DNA from: Candidatus Poribacteria bacterium
GTDB lineage: Bacteria; Poribacteria; WGA-4E; UBA9662
Length of the DNA: 64,000 nucleotides
NCBI GenBank assembly: GCA_036339735.1
Contig: JAYZAL010000026.1
Location: 1 to 64,000 of the forward strand
Direction: 5' to 3'
In this document: positions 19,801-28,372 of the stretch, in pieces
Layout: every line of letters begins with the position of its first letter
Numbering within the stretch: the stretch's first letter is position 1
Program-made: the position numbers and the translations under genes
The notes under the pieces: generated by a model
Database searches by the model: none
What the model was told of the DNA's origin: nothing
Seen by the model: the letters and a program-made list of their open reading frames with translations, nothing else

Positions 19801-21685
19801 TATCGGACAGACAGCAACTATCACGTTAATTGGTAAACCAAGTGAGGATCAATCGGCTGCTACTTTTTCTATCCTGGGCTTAGTTGAAGATGTGGTTGCA
19901 ACTGCCAGTCAAGATCAGCCTACTCACTATGTTGGATACTTTACTCCCATTTTAGACCAGCATCTGAAAGGTATATACGATGTAGTTGGCCAGATTGGCC
20001 ATAGCAAAGAAAAATTAGCTGGTTCGATCGAACTCATAACTGAACCTCGGTTATTGTCTCCACAAATCAATCCACAAACTCGGAGTGGAGAACAAATACA
20101 ATTATCAGTTGCCGCCAATCGACCCGGTTTACGGGTTATAGCCGACATTTCAAATCTTGATACCACACAATCAAAGCCAATTTTACTAAAAATAACTGAG
20201 GAGAGTGACGTAGATGATGTATATATCTATTCGGCTACGCACACGATTAGTTATCAGACAAAGGCCAGTGATGGTAGTAAGGCTGTACGTTTTTCCGCGA
20301 CTGACCCGCAAGGTGATCCGGCTACGCCGATGTTAGCCCGAGTTCAGCTCAAAAATGAAGTCTCATTTGAATTAAATATCCCCGAAGATGTAAGTCTCAT
20401 TTACCTGCCCTTGGTTGTTGATCAAGTCAATCAACAAAAAAAATCGATTCGTCAGGTTTCGGATTTATATGAGGTGCTTAGCCCAGCAGTAAACTTTTTA
20501 GTTACCTACCAGCCCGAAACAGCTGATTGGGTTAGTTACTTCGGGGATCATCCAGCCAGTTTCCGAGGGAACGTACCGATTACTAATACTACTGGTATAA
20601 TCACTGTCATGAAGCACCCAGTGACATTATTCTTGACCGGAAGAGTAATAGACCACAGACTCAGACTGAAAGGGGGGTTGAACCTTATCGGGTTACCGAG
20701 GCAAGATCCACGATTAACTGAAGTAGGCGACCTGATACAGTTAGATTCAGTGGGTGATTCCATCACGCATCTGATTGTTCAGTCGGACATAGTAGACCCT
20801 GCTGATCGAGCTAAAGATCAGTATTTTCGTCGTTTTTTGGCTGTTGCTTTCCCTGATTCGGATGGCACCATTAATCTCGTACGAAATGAACCTATTCAAG
20901 CTGGAAAAGGATTGGTAATGATTACTCGCGAACCAGAAACGATTGTCGTTCAAGGTGATCCCTGGCCGAGTAAAACAGATACATTGTCTTCAAAGGCTGC
21001 TCCCACCATTTTGTCTGTTGAACCTGTTTGTGACTTGATTCTACTGAGGGGGGCTTTACCGACAGTGTCCTTCCTTTCGGGCCGGAGCTTAGTAGTAGAC
21101 AGTGTTAGAGTTGTTAATCGATCTAACCACCTAGTTGCAAATTCTCAATTGGGTAATAAGTTTGCTCTGGATCCTAATCAACGGTCAATGGATTTTTCGC
21201 TAACATTAGTTGGATTAAATACACAGTTCGACAAATTAGATTCAGATAGATTAATTCATCAACCAACACAAGTCGGCGATCAACTGGAAATCCAGATATT
21301 CTATACTGACGGTTCCACTCATAATTTTTACCACTCTGTAACAGCTACTGAGTTGATCAATCGATCGATTGATTTAGGATTGCTACTTCATCATAGTCAG
21401 TTACCATCGAAAACACAATTACTAGGTAATTATCCTAATCCTTTTAATCCGGAGACGTGGATCTGTTACGATTTAGCCGACCCAACCCAAACGACAATTT
21501 CAATCCATAATACTAATGGCATGTCAATACGACAAATTAACTTGGGCAACCAACCTGCTGGTACTCACACTTATCATTGGGATGGTAGAGCCGAAAACGG
21601 TGAGTTAGCCGCGAGTGGGGTCTATTTTTACACCTTAAAAACTCTGGAATTTGAGTCAACGAAAAAAATGGTAATCCTCAAATAG
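16817..21685 (+). CDS. Large secreted protein: two right-handed beta-helix modules, Ig/Fn3-like domains and a C-terminal FlgD-Ig/T9SS type-A-like sorting domain
   Basis: Signal peptide; VPKDFLTIQTAI and VPDDYLTIQEAI module starts; many GGGIYC repeats; DIGAYE/TIGAYE module ends; C-terminal LLGNYPNPFNPETWI...WDGRAENGELAASGVYFYTL. Confidence 0.88.
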   Translation: MLSVSVPLKSPPFYLIVFLTVCLVDPVWCKIIYVPKDFLTIQTAIENCQNKDQIIVAPGHYRENLRFNGQDIILRSTNPNDLEIVQQTVVDGGGISAVVTLSGDETSDCQIAGLTLTNGRNAIGAGISGNGSAATIALNRIIGNRAISDDGGQAHGGAIAQCNGTITSNQILSNWVESTTASGSGGGIYQANGTIVNNIIAGNTVSVLWNASGGGISTCQADVINNTIAYNRTVTLSALDGYTFGAGISNCTGLIQNCILWGNVSGKNGQIHNSTIPMYSCLNDENGKDNYNIDADPLFISKTDLRLQAESPCINRGNPKNSPITDLTYYRRTQPDIGAYEWRPTPIVNTLPSELSKGQIWFRGSIDQGVDKKLKAFFEYGPTLNYGLKTPIQLIPLQTLDELIEIQQVMTNLQANTTYHFRLVVVYERGRSYGQDQILMLGQPLVRVPDDYLTIQEAIDDVPNGYRIVVRDGTYYGNLDMKGKALLLQSENGAENCIINSQAQGRGIVFQTSETNETVIEGFTITNGQADEGGGIACFGSSPIIRDCIVIENVANQYGGGIYCQSAEPILENCHVLQNKGGGIYSLDASPKISHCLIERNITAGDGGGIYCHKSNIQIDSTVIRRNRAGYSGGGLYCRDAQPHLVNCIIDYNVATKGGGLSANFYAFPTLIHCTVVFNYIDTSTLKAASGAVYADKTASPRIYNSILWLNGDNPIEFLGDVLQIRYSAVEGGFPNIGNINAIPILADIEQYEYYVSDQSPLIGGGSPDWAVAIDFEGNPRANSPTIGAYEIGRYIPEMHLIQTQSDIGSTITPSGEISVRRLENQNFQFTTQVGYQLVDIFVDGNSVGPVESYSFERIKKDHLITTTTVSYPVNLQAEASIETYQGKPISIELTLLNIRGEPTVPLSPIRLALDSDTEGIFMIGNVMNPPATELVIPVDQNSATIFFSTHQLGQNLIRISHLANDERSKINPVTHSLQVVTALERIQVEGSPIDIGQTATITLIGKPSEDQSAATFSILGLVEDVVATASQDQPTHYVGYFTPILDQHLKGIYDVVGQIGHSKEKLAGSIELITEPRLLSPQINPQTRSGEQIQLSVAANRPGLRVIADISNLDTTQSKPILLKITEESDVDDVYIYSATHTISYQTKASDGSKAVRFSATDPQGDPATPMLARVQLKNEVSFELNIPEDVSLIYLPLVVDQVNQQKKSIRQVSDLYEVLSPAVNFLVTYQPETADWVSYFGDHPASFRGNVPITNTTGIITVMKHPVTLFLTGRVIDHRLRLKGGLNLIGLPRQDPRLTEVGDLIQLDSVGDSITHLIVQSDIVDPADRAKDQYFRRFLAVAFPDSDGTINLVRNEPIQAGKGLVMITREPETIVVQGDPWPSKTDTLSSKAAPTILSVEPVCDLILLRGALPTVSFLSGRSLVVDSVRVVNRSNHLVANSQLGNKFALDPNQRSMDFSLTLVGLNTQFDKLDSDRLIHQPTQVGDQLEIQIFYTDGSTHNFYHSVTATELINRSIDLGLLLHHSQLPSKTQLLGNYPNPFNPETWICYDLADPTQTTISIHNTNGMSIRQINLGNQPAGTHTYHWDGRAENGELAASGVYFYTLKTLEFESTKKMVILK

Positions 21686-21695
21686 AAAATCAATA

Positions 21696-22970
21696 ATGCC
21701 CAGTAATAATAAGGAAATGGTTTTTGGTTGGTATATGTACGATTGGGCTAACTCTGCCTTTGCCACAACTGTGATGGCTGCAGTTTTACCCATTTACTAC
21801 AGCCAAGTGGCTGGCGCAACGCTTGAAGGTAATCTAGCTAGTTCATATTGGGGGTATACGAACACAATTGCTTTGTTAATCAGCGCATGTTTAGCACCGA
21901 TTTTAGGTGCTATCGCTGATTTTTCAGGTTTAAAAAAACGCCTCTTATTATCATTTGCAGCATTAGGCATCTTTTTTACAGCTCTTCTTTATTTTATAAG
22001 AAATGGGGATTGGCTTTTTGCGTCACTTCTATTTATTTTTAGTAGTGTGGGGTTCAGTGGGGCAGATCTTTTTTATAACTCACTCCTGCCACATATTGCC
22101 TCGCCCGATGAAATTGACCAGATCTCTACCAAAGGTTACGCACTGGGCTATCTCGGTGGAGGAATCTTATTAGCCATTAATGTCGCTATGATTGAGTTAA
22201 TCGGAGGCGAATTTGCTGCTCGGTTATGCTTTTTGAGCGTTGCAGCATGGTGGGCTGTATTTACTATTCCTCTTTTGCTTAATGTTAAAGAACCAGCGAT
22301 ATTTCATCAAGCAGATTCTTCAATCAACCCTGTGAGAGCCGGTTTCCAACAGTTGAGAAAAACATTTAACGAACTAAAACAATACCGTCAACTGTTGTTA
22401 TTCTTAACAGCTTTCTGGATTTATAATGATGGGATCGGTACGATAATCAAAATGGCAACAATTTACGGTGCCGAAGTTGGTATTAGCCGAACGGATTTAA
22501 TTGGAGCCTTACTCTTAACCCAATTTGTTGGGATTCCTTTTGCTATCGGGTTTGGAAAGTTAGCAAAGCTTGTTGGTACTAAACCTAGTATTTATGTTGG
22601 CTTAGCAGTTTATACTCTTATTTCCATCGCTGGTTACTTCCTATCAACGGCTCTTCACTTTTGGATATTGGCGTTTATGGTTGGTACGGTTCAAGGAGGA
22701 ACACAGGCCTTGAGTCGATCATTATTTGGATCGATGTCCCCTAAAGCAAAAACCGCTGAATTTTTTGGATTTTATGGTATGAGTTCTAAGTTTGCTGGAA
22801 TCGTAGGCCCACTTCTCTTTGCGATCGTAGGGCAGGTCACTGGCTCTAGCCGTCTGAGTATTGTTGCCTTGGTTATTTTCTTTGTATTAGGCGGTATTAT
22901 TTTGAGTCTGGTTGATGAAGAAGAGGGGATTCGTGTTGCCCGCGCCGCAGATACGGCTGTTGGATTATAG
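21696..22970 (+). CDS. MFS transporter, UMF1/ATG22-like family
   Basis: WYMYDWANSAF; APILGAIAD; FYNSLLP; GYALGYLGG; YNDGIGTII; QGGTQALSRS; EFFGFY; about 12 TM segments. Confidence 0.92.
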   Translation: MPSNNKEMVFGWYMYDWANSAFATTVMAAVLPIYYSQVAGATLEGNLASSYWGYTNTIALLISACLAPILGAIADFSGLKKRLLLSFAALGIFFTALLYFIRNGDWLFASLLFIFSSVGFSGADLFYNSLLPHIASPDEIDQISTKGYALGYLGGGILLAINVAMIELIGGEFAARLCFLSVAAWWAVFTIPLLLNVKEPAIFHQADSSINPVRAGFQQLRKTFNELKQYRQLLLFLTAFWIYNDGIGTIIKMATIYGAEVGISRTDLIGALLLTQFVGIPFAIGFGKLAKLVGTKPSIYVGLAVYTLISIAGYFLSTALHFWILAFMVGTVQGGTQALSRSLFGSMSPKAKTAEFFGFYGMSSKFAGIVGPLLFAIVGQVTGSSRLSIVALVIFFVLGGIILSLVDEEEGIRVARAADTAVGL

Positions 22971-23028
22971 AAAATAGAAGAAGATCCGAAATATATTATA
23001 TCTTTGTACCAGCATTGCTAGCAAATAA

Positions 23029-23196
23029 ATGGTTCAAAAAACTATGGGTGGGAACTCAAACAGAAAAAAATCGCTACTTGTCAGAACAAGTTCAGAAGAT
23101 GAGTTAATGGGATTTCAATTCTACCAGATGTATCCGAGTGAACATGAAGAAGAAACCCTCACGCTTGTTGAGGTATCTCAAAGCTTCATGGATTAG
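23029..23196 (+). CDS. Possible small protein (55 aa), below the ORF track cutoff
   Basis: ATG 23029 (or 23044) to TAG 23196: MVQKTMGGNSNRKKSLLVRTSSEDELMGFQFYQMYPSEHEEETLTLVEVSQSFMD; fills the gap if the TPR gene starts at 23255; no clear RBS. Confidence 0.3.
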   Translation: MVQKTMGGNSNRKKSLLVRTSSEDELMGFQFYQMYPSEHEEETLTLVEVSQSFMD

Positions 23197-23254
23197 GAAC
23201 GGAACATTGATACCGTATAAGCTAGATAATTTCTGTCGGCTCATTGCATTGACC

Positions 23255-23860
23255 ATGAGTCTTTCACTGCCAGCTATTGCAACAAAGTCAGTTGGGGTCT
23301 GTTTAATCTTTGGACTAGGTTTTTCAGCTTGCAGTCCCGACTTACCTGAACCGACCTCCGATTTTTATTCCAAACAAGGTTGGAGTCAATATAAGAATGG
23401 TCAATACGATGATGCCAAAAGCAGTTTCGAATTAGCTCAGCAGTTAAATCAGGACAGCGTAGAGGCTTCATTAGGTTTAGGTTGGTTAGCATTTGTAGAG
23501 TCGGCAGATCTGCAAACAGCTAAGGAACAGCTAGAAAATGCTTTATTATTAGCTGACCAAGATGGTAACCAGGATTTGCTCAACGATGCTCGTGCTGGTC
23601 TAGCTGGTATTAATTTATCATTAGAGCTATATCAGGATGCGATTAAGTATGGTGAACAGATTGAAGATGGTTATCGGTTTACCAGAGGAAAGCCTAATTT
23701 TGGGTATAGAGAACTGACTTTGTTGCTAGCTATTAGCTACTTTCACTTAGGCAACTACGAAGAGTCAGTTGAAAAAATTCAACAACTAAATCCGAAGTTT
23801 AGCTGGCAACCTGAAGATTCACCAAGCAAAATCTTGAAAGAACTCGAAAAACGGAGTTGA
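23255..23860 (+). CDS. TPR-repeat lipoprotein (ORF track starts at 23138; ATG 23255 better fits the signal peptide)
   Basis: Lipobox-like FSAC; TPR-like GWSQYKNGQYDDAKSSFELA, ASLGLGW, LAISYFHLGNYEES. Confidence 0.8.
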   Translation: MSLSLPAIATKSVGVCLIFGLGFSACSPDLPEPTSDFYSKQGWSQYKNGQYDDAKSSFELAQQLNQDSVEASLGLGWLAFVESADLQTAKEQLENALLLADQDGNQDLLNDARAGLAGINLSLELYQDAIKYGEQIEDGYRFTRGKPNFGYRELTLLLAISYFHLGNYEESVEKIQQLNPKFSWQPEDSPSKILKELEKRS

Positions 23861-23869
23861 ACAAGACAT

Positions 23870-24730
23870 TTGACTATCCAAAAAACTCTATTTCACCATA
23901 TGAAGCTTTTAATTTTACTATTGGGTCTGGCTTTTTCCAGTTTCTCGGTATCAGTCAGTCAAAGTGACCAGTTGACCGATCAGCATTCACCGATTGATAG
24001 TTCACTTCCCGATAAGGTTTTCGTTATTGATGTCATTGGACCGATTATTTACTTCAATTTAGGTTTCGAGCAAGGCGTCAAAAAAGGAATGCGATTTGAC
24101 ATTCTGAGTGAGACTAACGATGCAGAAAACAAGGTGGATCTGCCTAAAAAAGGTTGGATAATTGTCTCCGAAACCTACGCCGATGTTTCCAAAGGTGAAC
24201 TGAAAGAGATTAGCGGACATGCACCAGAAATTGGCGACCTGATGGTGTTTCATCCACAAGCTTCGGCCTTACTGACAGATACTGTTCGAGAAATAAAGAC
24301 GCCTGTTGCCCAAAATCAAACATTAGAGAGAACTCGAAAATTACCTCAAATTTCAACTATTAATTGGAAGCAATGGGGGGTAGTTGGTGTAGGCCTCGCT
24401 GCAGGTTACTTATCCTTAAAGTCTCATCGTTCGATGGAACAATCACTTGGAACCTACAATGATGCCATGAATGAGGGAAAATTGGCAGAAATGGATACGG
24501 CGAAATCTAAGATAAATGAATATCACAGAAATCGATTGATTTTTGGTGTTACTGCTGCCAGCCTGTTAGGTTTTTCCAGCTATCAAAAATTTTTAAGCTC
24601 CAATATTTCCAATATTGAAGAAAAGATTTTTTTTAATCATATTTCCAAACCTCACGATCTTAATTTTTCTGCTACCTACATCTCAATTTCTAGCTCCTTA
24701 TTTGGCATTGTCTGGCACTCAAGTTTTTAG
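23870..24730 (+). CDS. Exported/membrane hypothetical protein with FlgT-C-terminal-like beta domain
   Basis: Signal peptide MKLLILLLGLAFS; VIDVIGPIIYFNLGFEQGVKKGMRFDI motif; C-terminal hydrophobic segments. Confidence 0.7.
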   Translation: MTIQKTLFHHMKLLILLLGLAFSSFSVSVSQSDQLTDQHSPIDSSLPDKVFVIDVIGPIIYFNLGFEQGVKKGMRFDILSETNDAENKVDLPKKGWIIVSETYADVSKGELKEISGHAPEIGDLMVFHPQASALLTDTVREIKTPVAQNQTLERTRKLPQISTINWKQWGVVGVGLAAGYLSLKSHRSMEQSLGTYNDAMNEGKLAEMDTAKSKINEYHRNRLIFGVTAASLLGFSSYQKFLSSNISNIEEKIFFNHISKPHDLNFSATYISISSSLFGIVWHSSF

Positions 24731-24762
24731 AAAAGATTCGTGGATAATTAGCCCAATTATGG

Positions 24763-25863
24763 GTGACCAAATTGATAAAAAAGAACTATTACCAAATACT
24801 AGGTATTCCACCTAACGCAACCTCAGATGAGATACGGCAAGCGTACCGCCGTGCGGCTGTTCGTTATCATCCAGATAAAAACCCGAACGACCGTACAGCG
24901 GAAGATAAGTTTAAAGAAATTTCGGAAGCTTATGGTGTCTTGAGCAACCCGAATACACGACGCGAATATGATCGGTTAGAAGGCTTTTCTAATATTTCAT
25001 CCAGTAGTAGACGAAATATGGACCCAGTCAATTCGAAATCTACTATCAACGATATTTTTAATGATCTGTTTAAAAATAAACCCAGCCGAAAGTTCAACGA
25101 TAAAAACAGCTCCGCAAAAAAACAAGAATCATCAGTTAATCGTAATACTCCCACCCATCACAAAAAGAAAGGCTCTAATCTTCAGAGACACATTACAGTG
25201 TCTTTTCGCGAATCAATCTTGGGTGGTGAAGCGGTGCTCCAAATCAATCGTGATGAACCATGTCAAAAATGTAATGGAGAAGGAATAAAATCAGATTCAA
25301 CCAAAGCTCCTTGTCCTCGTTGTATTGGAACTGGTAAGGTAAAAGAAAATGATACCTGTCCTCGTTGTCGAGGAACTGGCATTATCATTCATCAGCCTTG
25401 TATTACATGTAGTGGTTGGGGAGTCACCGAAAAAGAACGGAAGTTGAAAGTCAAAATCCCACATTCAATTGAGGAGGGAAAATCTCTGCGGCTAGCGGGG
25501 CAGGGACATTCTGGTCCATTGGGTGGGAATAGTGGCGACCTAATAGTTGAGATTAGGATTTCACCCGATCCATTTTTTGAGAAAGATGGAAATGATTTGC
25601 GTGCCGAAGTACCTATTAGTTTCGCCAAAGCTGTGCTTGGTGGGCAGGTAAAAATTCCTACACTCAATGAATCGGTCGTGTTTTCAATTCCCAAAGGGAC
25701 ACAACCAGGACACACGTTTCGTCTGAAGGGGCTTGGTGTTTGCCGAGAAGATCAACAGGCCGGAGATCTTTTGATCACTGTCAGTATTGATGTGCCAAGG
25801 ACAGTCAACAACAAACAAGAGCAATTATTGCAAAAACTTTTGGACTTGGAGGAGCAAAATTAG
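24763..25863 (+). CDS. dnaJ: DnaJ (class A-like) chaperone with zinc finger
   Basis: J domain with HPD; four CxxCxGxG repeats; C-terminal DnaJ domain. Confidence 0.9.
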   Translation: MTKLIKKNYYQILGIPPNATSDEIRQAYRRAAVRYHPDKNPNDRTAEDKFKEISEAYGVLSNPNTRREYDRLEGFSNISSSSRRNMDPVNSKSTINDIFNDLFKNKPSRKFNDKNSSAKKQESSVNRNTPTHHKKKGSNLQRHITVSFRESILGGEAVLQINRDEPCQKCNGEGIKSDSTKAPCPRCIGTGKVKENDTCPRCRGTGIIIHQPCITCSGWGVTEKERKLKVKIPHSIEEGKSLRLAGQGHSGPLGGNSGDLIVEIRISPDPFFEKDGNDLRAEVPISFAKAVLGGQVKIPTLNESVVFSIPKGTQPGHTFRLKGLGVCREDQQAGDLLITVSIDVPRTVNNKQEQLLQKLLDLEEQN

Positions 25864-26904
25864 GTGAGCGGTAAAAACTCGGTCCGCGTAGCAGTTATCG
25901 GAACAGGCCGAATTGGCCAACTACATATAGAAAACATTATTCGTCATATACCCGAAGCAGAGTTGATTGCAATTGCTGATGTTAACCCTTCATCAGTTGA
26001 ACGCATAGCACAAAGGTTTACTATTCCAACTGTCTCAACTGATTACCACGAGTTATTAGACCGGTCAGATATTGAAGCTGTTGTTGTTTGTTCTTCTACC
26101 GATACTCATGCTCAGATTATTCAAGATTCGGCACAAGCCGGTAAGCATATCTTTTGCGAAAAACCAATTGATTTTGATTTAGAACGGATTGACCAAACAC
26201 TGAAGATCGTTGACATAGCTGGTGTAAAATTACAAATCGGTTTTCAGCGCCGCTTCGATGTAAATTTTCGACATTTGAAGGATCTTCTATTGAAAGATCA
26301 AGTAGGGCAATTGCATTTGCTACGTATCACCAGTCGCGATCCTGCTCCGCCCTCCATCGACTATATAAAACTTTCGGGTGGTATCTTTTTGGATATGATG
26401 ATCCACGATTTTGATATGGCACGTTTCATTACAGAGAGTGAGGTCGTCAAAGTTTACGCCAGTGGAGCGGTTCTGGTTGATCCAAATATTGGCTCCGTCG
26501 GTGATGTTGATACGGCCGTTGTAACACTCGAATTTGCAAATGGGGCCATTGGAAGTATCGATAATAGTCGGCAAGCCGTCTATGGCTATGATCAGCGAGT
26601 TGAAGTCCTAGGTAGTAGTGGCATGCTAAAAGCTGAAAATGACCAGAAACACACAGTAGCCGTGAGTAAAACTGACTACATCCAACGGTCTTCTCCTCCT
26701 TTCTTTTTTATTGAACGATATCGCGTGGCATACGTAGACGAGATTAAATCTTTTATCGATTCGATTCAGAACGATCGTGTGCCACTAGTAACAGGTGAAG
26801 ATGGAAGAGCGCCAGTAGTCATTGGGTTGGCAGCACAACATTCTTTAACTGAGAAACGGCCAGTTTATCTAACTGAAATCGAGAATATGAAATCAGTCAG
26901 CTAA
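25864..26904 (+). CDS. iolG: Inositol 2-dehydrogenase (Gfo/Idh/MocA family)
   Basis: GTGRIG; HIFCEKP; GFQRRFD; ITSRDP; SGGIFLDMMIHDFD; YGYDQRVEV. Confidence 0.88.
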   Translation: MSGKNSVRVAVIGTGRIGQLHIENIIRHIPEAELIAIADVNPSSVERIAQRFTIPTVSTDYHELLDRSDIEAVVVCSSTDTHAQIIQDSAQAGKHIFCEKPIDFDLERIDQTLKIVDIAGVKLQIGFQRRFDVNFRHLKDLLLKDQVGQLHLLRITSRDPAPPSIDYIKLSGGIFLDMMIHDFDMARFITESEVVKVYASGAVLVDPNIGSVGDVDTAVVTLEFANGAIGSIDNSRQAVYGYDQRVEVLGSSGMLKAENDQKHTVAVSKTDYIQRSSPPFFFIERYRVAYVDEIKSFIDSIQNDRVPLVTGEDGRAPVVIGLAAQHSLTEKRPVYLTEIENMKSVS

Positions 26905-27148
26905 GTTGATCTTAGAAAATGATATAAGTCATATTCGATTTTTTTCTTACAATTAGTGAAGTGCCAACAATGAACATTATTATAAAGTTGAACAGACGCA
27001 CAAACATGATTGTCAACCAGAATTTGTAACAACGTATGTATCTAAATACTCAGTTCCCATGGGGTGAAAATTGTAGTCTAGCTGAGATATAAGCTGTTCA
27101 ATGAATTGTTAAAGTAGAATTTAATCACTATCATACGGGAGTAACAAA

Positions 27149-27919
27149 ATGAAACAGATCATAAAAATATTGAGTAGACAAGTGAAATTTGCTTGTCTCA
27201 TTCTCACCCTGACGTGTTCTTTATCCTTAGCTAAGGAGACTTTTTATTCAGCTTTGGAAAGTAAGGCCGAAGTGGAAAAAGAGGGTGGGCAAGTTTTAGG
27301 AACCGCTAAATTTGTTGAGGCCAAATGGGGAAACGGATTTCTAGCCGCTGAAGGAAAAGATGTAGTTGCTTTTCCGGTTGAAGATCGTTTTACCAAACTA
27401 GAAGAGGGTACTGTTGAATTATTTGTTAAAATGGGCGTTGATGCTAAACAAATGACCGGTGAAATTTTCTTTTGGTTCACTTACAAAAGAGGAACTGATG
27501 CTATTTTCTTACAATTCGATGGTCGTAAGGGAGCGGGTACAACCGGAATGAGGATCAAAAGTGGTGGTGGTTGGCATGATGCGTACAGCAAACCCGTCAA
27601 ATGGAAAAAAGGAGAACTGCATCACATGGCTGGAACTTGGGGGCCTGATGGTATAAAGCTATACCTAGATGGGAAGCTAGCCGCGGAAGATGAGTTCAAC
27701 GGTGGACCAAAGCAGTTTGCAAAAACTTTTAGTATCAACAATGTAGAGCCAGAAAAAGTCGGAAATTTTGCTTCCAAGTGCGTCATTGACGAAGTTCGAC
27801 TATCCGACCATCAAAAAAAGCCAGACGAGTTAATTTTGAACCCTAAAGAATTTTTTCCAGTTCACCCAATGGGAAAAGCAACTACAACTTGGGGTTATTT
27901 CAAAACACAGGCTAACTAG
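27149..27919 (+). CDS. Secreted LamG-like jellyroll (ConA-like) protein with C-terminal TTWG tail
   Basis: Signal peptide; EGTVELF; HHMAGTW; IKLYLDGKL; IDEVRLS; ends PVHPMGKATTTWGYFKTQAN; GGGAG RBS. Confidence 0.85.
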   Translation: MKQIIKILSRQVKFACLILTLTCSLSLAKETFYSALESKAEVEKEGGQVLGTAKFVEAKWGNGFLAAEGKDVVAFPVEDRFTKLEEGTVELFVKMGVDAKQMTGEIFFWFTYKRGTDAIFLQFDGRKGAGTTGMRIKSGGGWHDAYSKPVKWKKGELHHMAGTWGPDGIKLYLDGKLAAEDEFNGGPKQFAKTFSINNVEPEKVGNFASKCVIDEVRLSDHQKKPDELILNPKEFFPVHPMGKATTTWGYFKTQAN

Positions 27920-28372
27920 TAGCACCTGCCAGGTTCGTTGGTTGAAATGAAACTAGTAGTAAAGGGTTCCGATTTTTTTGGTATTTACATTAACCGGTTG
28001 GGGATGTGGTTAGGTAGATTAGCTTTCATTTGATCAATTTGGTAGTACCCAGGCAGTCTCTTCTGGAATGGAAGTTTTCGTGTTTATCAATAAGTTGTTC
28101 CAATGAAGTTGGAGTAAAGTTCGGCCTGGTTTAATTGGGGGTTAATTTAGCTAAACTGTCACCAGTGAATCATTTTCTATGATAATACTTGAGACAGTTT
28201 GCTAGGAGACTACTGTAGAATAGTGACTTTTTTGCATGTGATATTTTTGGTGGAGCTATTTATTTTAGTGGTTGATTTGATAGATTGAAGAAATTCAGTT
28301 TGAGTGCAATAACCATTTTACTAACACCCTATTTTCTGGTCATTTGTTAAATAATTAAGGAACAAAGTTATC

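Noticed and set aside
27058-27140. GGGGTG...CTGAGA resembling the 5' part of a TPP riboswitch
   Set aside because: The downstream conserved CCC..GAACCTG..GCGTAGGGA elements are absent, and the downstream gene is not thiamine-related.
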